Source: an uncultured Thermoplasmata archaeon (lineage in GTDB: Archaea > Thermoplasmatota > Thermoplasmata > RBG-16-68-12). Taken from it: a DNA stretch of 15,490 bases. Shown in pieces: positions 1-6,487 of the stretch. Positions within the stretch are counted from its first letter, which is position 1; each line of letters opens with the position of its first letter. The notes under the pieces were generated by a model that was not told the DNA's origin, searched no databases, and saw only the letters and a program-made list of their open reading frames with translations. The stretch spans positions 1 through 15,490 of the forward strand of contig CAVYJM010000005.1 of assembly GCA_963768855.1 (NCBI GenBank). The letters run 5' to 3'. Both the position numbers and the translations under genes were made by a program.

Positions 1-419
1 TCCAGCCGCGTGAGAAAGAGGAACGTGTCCCGGATCACAGGCCGCTCAAAGTTCAGGTAGTTCCATCCCGGCTTCGACGGGTCGTCCGATCCGTCGTAGT
101 TCGCGTGCAGCGCGTACGGACCCCACTCCTCATACTTGCGCTCGAAATCAGCGAGCTCCCGCTCCGCATAATCCGGCACGATGACGGAGATGCCCGGAGC
201 ATACGGCTTCATGCCCAGCGGGACGAAGTCGAGGTACGCCTTCGCGTCTCCGACCTCGATCAGCTCGAGCGACGGCCCGTCCTCGAAGTCCACGAAGCGG
301 CAGACCTGGGTTCCGGCATAGTGCGAGACCTGGGGACGGACCGTGAAGCCTGCGTGCTTGAGTTCCGCGAGCTTCGCCGGGTCGAACCCGTGTCCGTAGA
401 CATTGCCGATCTCGAGCAT
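1..419 (-). CDS. VOC/glyoxalase-like domain protein (Glyoxalase_3-like), 3'-truncated by the window edge
   Basis: Manually translated; absent from the ORF track because it has no stop in the window. From ATG at 419: MLEIGNVYGHGFDPAKLAELKHAGFTVRPQVSHYAGTQVCRFVDFEDGPSLELIEVGDAKAYLDFVPLGMKPYAPGISVIVPDYAERELADFERKYEEWGPYALHANYDGSDDPSKPGWNYLNFERPVIRDTFLFLTRL..., open to base 1 with mostly G/C-ending codons. The segment GFTV..HYAGTQVCRFVDFEDGPSLELIEV matches my recollection of the glyoxalase-like GF.V..GG.H...GT.N....F.DG..LEL pattern. An alternative GTG start lies at 443. Confidence 0.7.
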   Translation of the reverse strand, partial: MLEIGNVYGHGFDPAKLAELKHAGFTVRPQVSHYAGTQVCRFVDFEDGPSLELIEVGDAKAYLDFVPLGMKPYAPGISVIVPDYAERELADFERKYEEWGPYALHANYDGSDDPSKPGWNYLNFERPVIRDTFLFLTRL

Positions 420-635
420 GCGGTCCTCGACGACCAAGAGCACGTGGGCGGCCCGGTGTCGCGACCGACCCGCCTCCGTCCGAGCGCGCGGACGCGCGGG
501 AGAGCGCTAAGAATCCACCGCACTTACCGTATGCGGCGGGAGAGCGACGCTCCCCCTGCGGGAGCTCGTGGCGAGGCGTGGGCTCCGTCCCTTTGGGGCG
601 TTACTCGTCCGAGCCGTTCCGATGGTTGCTTCGCT

Positions 636-1073
636 TCACGGTGCGACGGCAGGGGGCGAGACCGCGCGGGAGCCCAGGGTGGATTCCAGGGTGGCGAACG
701 CCTCTCGGAGGTTCTTCTCCATGCCCGTCCCGCGTGCGTGGATCACCGTGTTCTCGCCCACCGGATAGTACCACAGGTGGAGCCGGTTCGGCTCCCCCAG
801 TTTCGCCGCGCCCGTCTTGGCGCCCGAGCGACCGAATTCGAGCAGGCCGCCCTCGGACCGGTGCGCCATGGAGCCGTACGTCATCCCGATCTTGACCTTC
901 TGGTGCAACGCGACGCCCGAGTAGGGCGCGCCCTCGAGGGAGGCGTCCTCCTCCTCGACCGAGAACCCGCTCTGGCTCATCGATGCGTTCACCGCGCTCC
1001 GAAGTTCGTTCACGTTTCCCTGGACACGCCATTCCTTCTCTTGGACCAGCGGTTTCATCAGACCCATGGGCAT
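636..1073 (-). CDS. Hypothetical small soluble protein (~145 aa)
   Basis: Track ORF 636..1088, start trimmed to ATG 1073 because GGAGGTG (1086..1080) lies 6 nt upstream. Globular-looking alpha/beta composition, unlike the Arg/Pro-rich overlapping frames. No family recognised. Confidence 0.75.
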   Translation of the reverse strand: MPMGLMKPLVQEKEWRVQGNVNELRSAVNASMSQSGFSVEEEDASLEGAPYSGVALHQKVKIGMTYGSMAHRSEGGLLEFGRSGAKTGAAKLGEPNRLHLWYYPVGENTVIHARGTGMEKNLREAFATLESTLGSRAVSPPAVAP

Positions 1074-1079
1074 CCCGCC

Positions 1080-1086
1080 CACCTCC
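1080..1086 (-). promoter_or_regulatory. Shine-Dalgarno site GGAGGTG
   Basis: Minus strand reads GGAGGTG-GGCGGG-ATG(1073). Confidence 0.65.
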
Positions 1087-1278
1087 ACTCGCGATCGCGG
1101 CCGGAACCTCCCGCGATGTCGTCCTGAATCCTTCTACCTTCTCCACGCGCGCAAGCGACGAGGACGACCTTCGTCCCCCCTCCGCGAAATGCGTCGGGCG
1201 AGCGAAGGCGACCCGTCGACTCGGAGGGCGGCGCGGGCACCATTGCCGGAGGAATCTCAGTCTCGACGCACTCCCCGT

Positions 1279-1938
1279 TCACGGACTCATCGGAACGAGG
1301 ATCCCCGCTCCCCGCGGCCGGAGCAGCCCCCAGCCGGCACGGATGAAGTGGACGCCCGTGTAGCCCATGACGATGTGCATCGTCAGGGTCAGGATCACGG
1401 CACCGACCTGGACCAGGCTCCCGCCTCCGAACGGGTCGCCGCAGTTGCTGCCCGTGCAGCCCCCTTGATTGTTCCCGCCGTTGTTGCCCCCGCCGACAGG
1501 TCCCGCGTTCCCGCTCGCGTTCGAGGGGATCTGGATCGTGGTCTCGGCGCGGTTCGTGAGCTGGTCCGCATCCCGGACGGTCAGGGAGATCGTGTACGTC
1601 CCAGCCTGCACGTACGTGTAGGGCGAGATCGACTGGCCATACCCGACGCCGCGTCCGTCCCCGGCGTTCCAGGTCCAATTCACGATCACCGCGCCGCCGG
1701 ACTGGGAGAGGTCCTTCACAGACAGCGTGGAACCACTCGTCTGCCAGCTGAACGCGGCGGTGGGCCCGCTCGCCTGCGACCCGACCGGAACCGCCTGGCT
1801 GCCCTGCGGGCGGAGGAAGCTGTTCGGGTTCGTCGCGATTGAGATGAAGCTGTAGACCGTGAACACGACGAGCGCGATGCCGAGGACCAGCACGACGATC
1901 CCGAGGATGAGGGAGAGGGTGTCCCGGTCGCGTTTCAT
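1279..1938 (-). CDS. PKD-domain membrane protein with N- and C-terminal hydrophobic anchors (219 aa)
   Basis: N-terminal TM LILGIVVLVLGIALVVFTVYSFI. PKD signature PTAAFSW...WTWNAGDG...YTYVQAGTYTISLTVRD. Gly/Asn-rich linker, then C-terminal TM LVQVGAVILTLTMHIVMGYTG. An AT-rich box lies upstream. Confidence 0.85.
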   Translation of the reverse strand: MKRDRDTLSLILGIVVLVLGIALVVFTVYSFISIATNPNSFLRPQGSQAVPVGSQASGPTAAFSWQTSGSTLSVKDLSQSGGAVIVNWTWNAGDGRGVGYGQSISPYTYVQAGTYTISLTVRDADQLTNRAETTIQIPSNASGNAGPVGGGNNGGNNQGGCTGSNCGDPFGGGSLVQVGAVILTLTMHIVMGYTGVHFIRAGWGLLRPRGAGILVPMSP

Positions 1939-1970
1939 GATCCCGTCGCCGTCCCCGTTCGCCTGAGACC

Positions 1971-1978
1971 TATATTAA
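1971..1978 (-). promoter_or_regulatory. Archaeal-type TATA box TTAATATA for the PKD gene
   Basis: An isolated AT-only octamer in GC-rich DNA, 32 nt upstream of ATG 1938. Confidence 0.65.
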
Positions 1979-2077
1979 CCCGGGAGGGCGGATTCGCAGG
2001 GTGATAACAGGAACCCGCGGGGGCGTACGGCCTTGGGCGTCCTGGAACGCGATCCCCGCGATAAGAGCGCAGATTCC

Positions 2078-2084
2078 TTCAAGT
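2078..2084 (+). promoter_or_regulatory. Putative weak TATA-like box TTCAAGT for 2119..2556
   Basis: Lies about 35 nt upstream of ATG 2119. The same TTCAAG core occurs on the minus strand upstream of 10857. Non-consensus. Confidence 0.3.
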
Positions 2085-2118
2085 CCCCCCTGGGCCCTTC
2101 CCCCGGGGAGGGAATCGC

Positions 2119-2556
2119 ATGGAACCCCCAGCCCCCTCGTGGGACCCCGTCCACCAGTCCAGAGAGCTGAACGCCTGGCAGCGGCACCAGGAGGCGAGCC
2201 TCACCCTCTCCGGGGCGGCCCTCGCCCTCGTCAACGCGCTCCTGGCCTTCGAGGTCCTGAGCGTGAACGAGGACACGAACACGTTCCTCGTCCTCGGCGC
2301 GCTGAACCTCGCGATGATCCTGAGCTGGGTGATCATCGCGCGCCGCGCGGCCGCGCGCACGGCGCGCTGGGCGATGAAGGCGCGGCGGATCGAGCGGGAG
2401 ATTCTGCGCGTCCCGGACCGGCTCTCCCTGTGGAACGAGGCGCCGGAGGGCGGCCTCCCCGCGTGGATCGCGGTCGGCGGGGTACTCGTCGGCTTCGCGG
2501 TCCTGTGGGTCGGGCTCATGGGATACGCGTTCTGGGTCACGTACCTGCACGGGTAG
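2119..2556 (+). CDS. Small membrane protein with 3 predicted TM helices (145 aa), function unknown
   Basis: Hydrophobic segments ASLTLSGAALALVNALLAFEVL, TFLVLGALNLAMILSWVIIA and WIAVGGVLVGFAVLWVGLMGYAFW, with a basic amphipathic helix between TM2 and TM3. Strongly G/C-ending codons; GGGGAGGGA upstream. Confidence 0.8.
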   Translation: MEPPAPSWDPVHQSRELNAWQRHQEASLTLSGAALALVNALLAFEVLSVNEDTNTFLVLGALNLAMILSWVIIARRAAARTARWAMKARRIEREILRVPDRLSLWNEAPEGGLPAWIAVGGVLVGFAVLWVGLMGYAFWVTYLHG

Positions 2557-2614
2557 CGGCCTCCCCGGGACCGCCCTCGAGGCCGGCTCTGACGGGCGTC
2601 TCGTTCGCTGGACA

Positions 2615-2653
2615 GGGGCACAATGGGCCCAGCATTTCCTTAGGCCCTGCCCC
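2615..2653. other. Stem-loop (11 bp with a 4-nt bulge) between convergent genes; possible terminator or RNA element
   Basis: GGGGCA(2615-20) pairs with TGCCCC(2648-53); bulge CAAT; GGGCC(2625-29) pairs with GGCCC(2643-47); 13-nt loop. No U-tract. Confidence 0.35.
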
Positions 2654-2861
2654 GATGCCTTGCTGACCTGGCCGTTCGACCCTCAGGTGACCGGACGGAT
2701 CGCAGCGATTGTGCTCGCCGGGATCGTGGTCATCCTGCGGCGGGCGGCTGTGCATGTGTTCCCAGGTCGGTCACCTCGCCCGGCGGCCTTCCCGAGATTC
2801 TCAGCGGACACTCACCTGGAAGGGAATGCATGGAGGATGCAAGGCTCGCGGGCGAGGCGGT

Positions 2862-4112
2862 TTAGGGACGTTCGGCGGAGCGGGCCGCGAGGACCTTCTC
2901 GATGAAGTCGAGCTGGGTGGGGATGTACCCAGCCACGAGGGTCCGGGCCTTCATGCCCGCTGCCTCGCGAACACGCGTCCGCAACACCGGGTCGGCGAGG
3001 AGCTTCCGGATGGCCTCCGCCAGGCCCTCGGGCTCACCTGCCTTCACGAACAAGATGTCGATGCCGTCAACGAACTGGTCCGGCAGGGAGCCGACCGGTG
3101 TCGCGATCACCGGGACCCCTGCAAGCATCGCCTCGTACACGACGGTCGGACTCCCCTCCGTGTACGAGGGGAGGAGCAGGAGGTCCGTCGACGCGAGGAG
3201 CGCGGGGACGTCGTCATGCGGGACGGGTCCGCGGATCGAGACCCGGGGCGCGAGGGAGCGCCGCGCGATTTCCGCCCGGAGCTCAGACTCCTGGCTTCCG
3301 CCTCCCACGTACTCGAGTCCGATCCGGGGCGAGCCGGAGCGCGGGAGCCGCTCCATCGCGTCGAGTATGTCGAAGATTCCCTTCTCGCGCTCGAGGCGGC
3401 CAAGGTAGCGGACCATCCAGGATGCCCGATCTCGCTGGCCGGACTCGCCGACCGCGCGGGGTGGGAACCGTCCGGCGTCCACGAAGGAGGTCGATGTCTC
3501 GATGAGCTTGGCCCCGCCCTCTCGGGCCGAGGAGGCAAGAGCGCGGTTCACCGCCAGGACGCCGTCCGCGGCTCGGAACACCCGCCCCTCAAGCCACCGC
3601 ACGGCATGGCGCGTTGCTCCGGCCGCGGTCGACCCCCGTAGCTTCTGACCAACGGTCTCCTCGATGGACCCGGCGAGGAACACGAAGACCGGGATCCCTG
3701 TGAGCTTGCCAGCGACGACGGTCGGGAGGCCGGTGACGACCGTGTCGTCCGCGCGGAGGATGTCGACGCGATCGCGGCGGAGGGCCCGCAGGAGCGCCAG
3801 GTACAAGGCCGCCATTTCGAAGCCCATGCGAAGCGGACGGTCCAGACGGTTCACTCCTCGCGGGAGAGGGATGCGGTGCAGGCGCAGCTCCTTCGAGGCG
3901 ACCGAGGCCTCATGGAGGGCGACCCCGTGCGGCGCGAAGACGAATACGTCGACGCTCCTGAGGTTCTCGATCAGCCGTCGTGCCTCATCGAGGACGACGC
4001 CTGGGAACGAACCAGACGGCGAGATCGAGCTCGTGCCGGCGATGCCCAGCGCGCGCCCGCGGGCCCGCGACTCCAGCCGGTTTCGCTCGGAAGGATCGGG
4101 TGGGGACGCCGT
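2862..4112 (-). CDS. GT4 (GT-B fold) glycosyltransferase, ~416 aa; start codon non-canonical or uncertain
   Basis: The C-terminal domain has YLGRLEREKG and LPSYTEGSPTVVYEAMLAG (EX7E). The track starts it at GTG 3854, but the frame is open to 4235 and encodes a GT4-like first strand and helix upstream (RALGIAGTSSISPSGSFPGVVLDEARRLIENLRSVDVFVFAPHG) with no ATG/GTG/TTG. The start is placed provisionally at an in-frame ACG (4112), 4 nt after GGGGGTGA. Confidence 0.85.
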   Translation of the reverse strand, partial: TASPPDPSERNRLESRARGRALGIAGTSSISPSGSFPGVVLDEARRLIENLRSVDVFVFAPHGVALHEASVASKELRLHRIPLPRGVNRLDRPLRMGFEMAALYLALLRALRRDRVDILRADDTVVTGLPTVVAGKLTGIPVFVFLAGSIEETVGQKLRGSTAAGATRHAVRWLEGRVFRAADGVLAVNRALASSAREGGAKLIETSTSFVDAGRFPPRAVGESGQRDRASWMVRYLGRLEREKGIFDILDAMERLPRSGSPRIGLEYVGGGSQESELRAEIARRSLAPRVSIRGPVPHDDVPALLASTDLLLLPSYTEGSPTVVYEAMLAGVPVIATPVGSLPDQFVDGIDILFVKAGEPEGLAEAIRKLLADPVLRTRVREAAGMKARTLVAGYIPTQLDFIEKVLAARSAERP

Positions 4113-4116
4113 GGTC

Positions 4117-5352
4117 TCACCCCCCGGCGTTGCGCGGCGCGGCCCGGACGGTCTCGTATGCGCCCGCGGCGACCTTCGCGATCCGGGACCAGGAGTACTC
4201 CCGCGCGAGGAAGGCGAGCCCGTTCGACGCTCTTCTCATCCGGAGCGTCTCGTCCGTGAGCAGGCTACGAAGCGTGGCCGCAATCTCCTTCGGATCGTCG
4301 CGGACGCAGCGCCCCATGTCCTCCCGAGCCAGGTCCTCGGCCCACGAGCCCGATCCGGTCGCGACGACCGGCAAGCCCGCCGCAAGATAGTCGTACATCT
4401 TCCCGGGGACGGCGTAGGTGCGTGAGGCGGAGTCCGCCCAGGGTACGATCCCGACGTGGCAGGTGGCCAGGAACCGGAAATACTCCGTGTCGGTGGGGAA
4501 CCAGAAGAATTCGAGACGTACCCCCCGCTCGTGGGCGAGGCGCCGCAGCCGGCGGCGTCCGGGTCCGCGGCCCGTTGCGAGCAGCACGGTCTCAATGCCG
4601 CTCCCCCGGAGGAGGGCGCAGGCGTCGAGGAACGGTTCGAGCCGCACCCATGAGGTGACGATGCCCGAGTACACGAGCCGGAAGGGAGGCGGCGGCGACG
4701 AAGGGCCGGAGACCCGGGCCGTCGCCCCGGTCGGGACGACCCAGGTCCGCGTGTGGTCGGCGCCGAGTTGCTCGACAAAGTAGTCGCGCATCTCCCGGTC
4801 CGGTACGAGGATGCCGTCGGCGTCCGCCGCGATCCGCGCGTCGAGGTCGCGGGCTTGGTGCTCCACCGCCGATCCGGCAGAGGCCAGCCCGTCCTCCACG
4901 AGCTCGGCGGCCCAGACGTTGTGCAGGTCCGCCACGACCGGCATCCCGAGCTCCTGCTTCACGGAGCACGCTGCCGCGGCGGCCACCTGCTGCTCGGCTT
5001 GGAGGAGGTCGAGGTGCAACCCGCCCGCGCGGGCAACGACCTTGCGTGCCAGCCCCTGGATCTCGGCTTGGAGCCGCGCCGGATTCCGAAGGGCGAGGCG
5101 GCGCACCGACTTCCACCGGTAGAACGCATCGACCGCGATGCGCCGCGCGGTGCTCGAGACCCGCTGTCCGGGGGAGGTCGCGAGGGATGCGAACTCCCCC
5201 GAATCCCACCACGCGGGTCGGCCCGGGTAGGGGGAAAGGAGGACGGAGTCCACGGAGTTCGTTCGCAGGCCCCGCGCGAGGCCCACCACCCGCTTCGTCG
5301 TCCCCAGGCTCTGACCCGGCGGATGCGTTGTGAGAATCCCGATCCGGGTCAT
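4117..5352 (-). CDS. GT4 glycosyltransferase, WbuB-like subtype (411 aa)
   Basis: N-terminal MTRIGILTTHPPGQSLGTTKRVVGLARGL and VVADLHN. The C-terminal AVPGKMYDYLAAGLPVV is the P-x-K-x-x-E/D-Y variant replacing canonical EX7E. SD GGCGGTGA lies 6 nt before the ATG. Confidence 0.9.
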   Translation of the reverse strand: MTRIGILTTHPPGQSLGTTKRVVGLARGLRTNSVDSVLLSPYPGRPAWWDSGEFASLATSPGQRVSSTARRIAVDAFYRWKSVRRLALRNPARLQAEIQGLARKVVARAGGLHLDLLQAEQQVAAAAACSVKQELGMPVVADLHNVWAAELVEDGLASAGSAVEHQARDLDARIAADADGILVPDREMRDYFVEQLGADHTRTWVVPTGATARVSGPSSPPPPFRLVYSGIVTSWVRLEPFLDACALLRGSGIETVLLATGRGPGRRRLRRLAHERGVRLEFFWFPTDTEYFRFLATCHVGIVPWADSASRTYAVPGKMYDYLAAGLPVVATGSGSWAEDLAREDMGRCVRDDPKEIAATLRSLLTDETLRMRRASNGLAFLAREYSWSRIAKVAAGAYETVRAAPRNAGG

Positions 5353-5403
5353 GACTTGTCACCGCCGTCCCCGGCGAGCCGCGGCGCCAGCATTCCCCAT
5401 TGG

Positions 5404-5409
5404 TTTAAG
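5404..5409 (-). promoter_or_regulatory. TATA-like box CTTAAA for the GT4 pair 5352->2862
   Basis: Isolated AT patch about 50 nt upstream of ATG 5352, in the short gap after the methyltransferase stop. Confidence 0.5.
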
Positions 5410-5428
5410 CGTATCGCTCGACGGCGCC

Positions 5429-6283
5429 TCATGGGTTCGAGGCGGCATCCCGGAGGCGGGCGATGACCATCACGTTCTGGCTCGCATCCGGCACGCGGAT
5501 GAATCGTTCGTCGAGGCGTGCCTGGATCCTCGCGCACCACGACGCAAGCCAGCCGATGCCCCGCCAGCGCGCGACGACCTCGAGCTCGGAGAGATAGGGC
5601 AGTGAGAAGCCCACGCCATGGACCGTCTCCACCTCGAACCCGTGCGATCGCAAGGTCTCAACCAGGTACGTCGTCGTGTAGAGCCGGTGCGGGACGTTCC
5701 CGTGATAGAGCCGGTAGTCGTAGTATCGCAGGCCCCGGGCCTTGGCGACTCCGATCGCGAGGTAGAACGGCAGGAGCGGTATCTCCGACCATCGCGCGGC
5801 TCGCTGGGCCGCCTTCACCACGCGCCGGGCATGGCGGGGCTCGCGTTTCGCCCACCTCTGGACCCGCTCCGAACCGAGCGCGAGGATGAACGGGGGATAG
5901 CGGAGTGCGGGGACCGTGATGATGTAGCGCCGCGCGGCGAGACGTTCCAGTTCGGAGAGCGCCTTCGCTTCGTCCGGGACGTGCTCCACGACCTCCGTCG
6001 CGACGACCGTGTCGATCGCGTGCGCTCGCAACGGGAGATGTTCCGCGTCCGCTTGCAGGAGGCCCACGGACTCGGATGGCACGGTCGCGCGATCGATCCG
6101 CCGGAGTTTCGTGCGGTTCAGGTCGCAGCCGACGATCCGCTCGAACCGGGCGGAGGAACCGGCCATCTCGCGTTCGAGGTTCCCCTCCCCGCATCCGAGA
6201 TCGAGGAGGCTCCGCGCCCCGAGTTGGTCCAACGCCCTCAGGATAGCGGCATACCGTCTCCGGTGCGTCTCCTCGAGGAGCAT
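5429..6283 (-). CDS. Class I SAM-dependent methyltransferase (Methyltransf_11-like, ~284 aa)
   Basis: Motif I LLDLGCGEG, VGCDLN, LQADAEHLPL, DTVVATEVVEHVPD and IITVP. The track ORF (to 6877) overlaps the divergent GT4 gene, so the start is set at ATG 6283, about 40 nt downstream of AATTAAG. ATG 6376 is an alternative. Confidence 0.88.
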   Translation of the reverse strand: MLLEETHRRRYAAILRALDQLGARSLLDLGCGEGNLEREMAGSSARFERIVGCDLNRTKLRRIDRATVPSESVGLLQADAEHLPLRAHAIDTVVATEVVEHVPDEAKALSELERLAARRYIITVPALRYPPFILALGSERVQRWAKREPRHARRVVKAAQRAARWSEIPLLPFYLAIGVAKARGLRYYDYRLYHGNVPHRLYTTTYLVETLRSHGFEVETVHGVGFSLPYLSELEVVARWRGIGWLASWCARIQARLDERFIRVPDASQNVMVIARLRDAASNP

Positions 6284-6320
6284 CGTCGCGTGCGTCGGCT
6301 CGCAGTCGTCCACGTAGGAG

Positions 6321-6329
6321 CGCTTAATT
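6321..6329 (-). promoter_or_regulatory. TATA-like box AATTAAGCG for the methyltransferase
   Basis: The only AT patch in the divergent gap, about 40 nt upstream of ATG 6283. The TTAATT core could also be read on the plus strand. Confidence 0.45.
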
Positions 6330-6448
6330 CGGTCCGCTTCGGCGGATCGCGGGGGAGGAAGCAGCAAGGAGTGCATCCGAGAGCCGCGTTCCCGGAATGA
6401 ACATTGCGGCACCGCCAACGGTCCCCGGCTCCCATGGAGGCCGGGGGC

Positions 6449-6460
6449 GAAACCTCTATG
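6449..6460 (+). promoter_or_regulatory. Putative BRE/TATA-like element GAAACCTCTATG
   Basis: Ends 27 nt before ATG 6488, similar spacing to CTTTATG before ATG 11366. This would give a leaderless transcript. Confidence 0.35.
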
Positions 6461-6487
6461 CCGGGCATGGGGGTTCCGTGCGCGTTC

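Noticed and set aside
545-568. Hairpin GCTCCC-CCTGC-GGGAGC between two minus-strand genes
   Set aside because: A short stem expected by chance at this GC content, with no U-tract or other support as a terminator.
105-1127. 340-aa plus-strand ORF, and the other long Arg/Pro/Ala-rich track ORFs (e.g. 1066..1842, 2709..3641, 7003..8217, 7464..8555, 9883..10932, 11333..12130, 13826..14632, 14660..15280)
   Set aside because: These are antisense or off-frame shadows of motif-bearing genes. High GC3 suppresses stop codons in those frames, and they carry no recognisable motifs.
1058-1300. Possible frameshifted C-terminal tail of the PKD protein (VNGECVETEIPPAMVPAPPSES in the adjacent frame)
   Set aside because: That frame runs without a stop into the next gene (to 1058), and the annotated frame ends normally after the last TM. 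It cannot be supported without homolog alignment.
6404-6487. N-terminal extension of the GT4 ORF (MRHRQRSPAPMEAGG...)
   Set aside because: It starts at TTG, is unstructured, and contains the candidate promoter. ATG 6488 directly precedes the first Rossmann strand.
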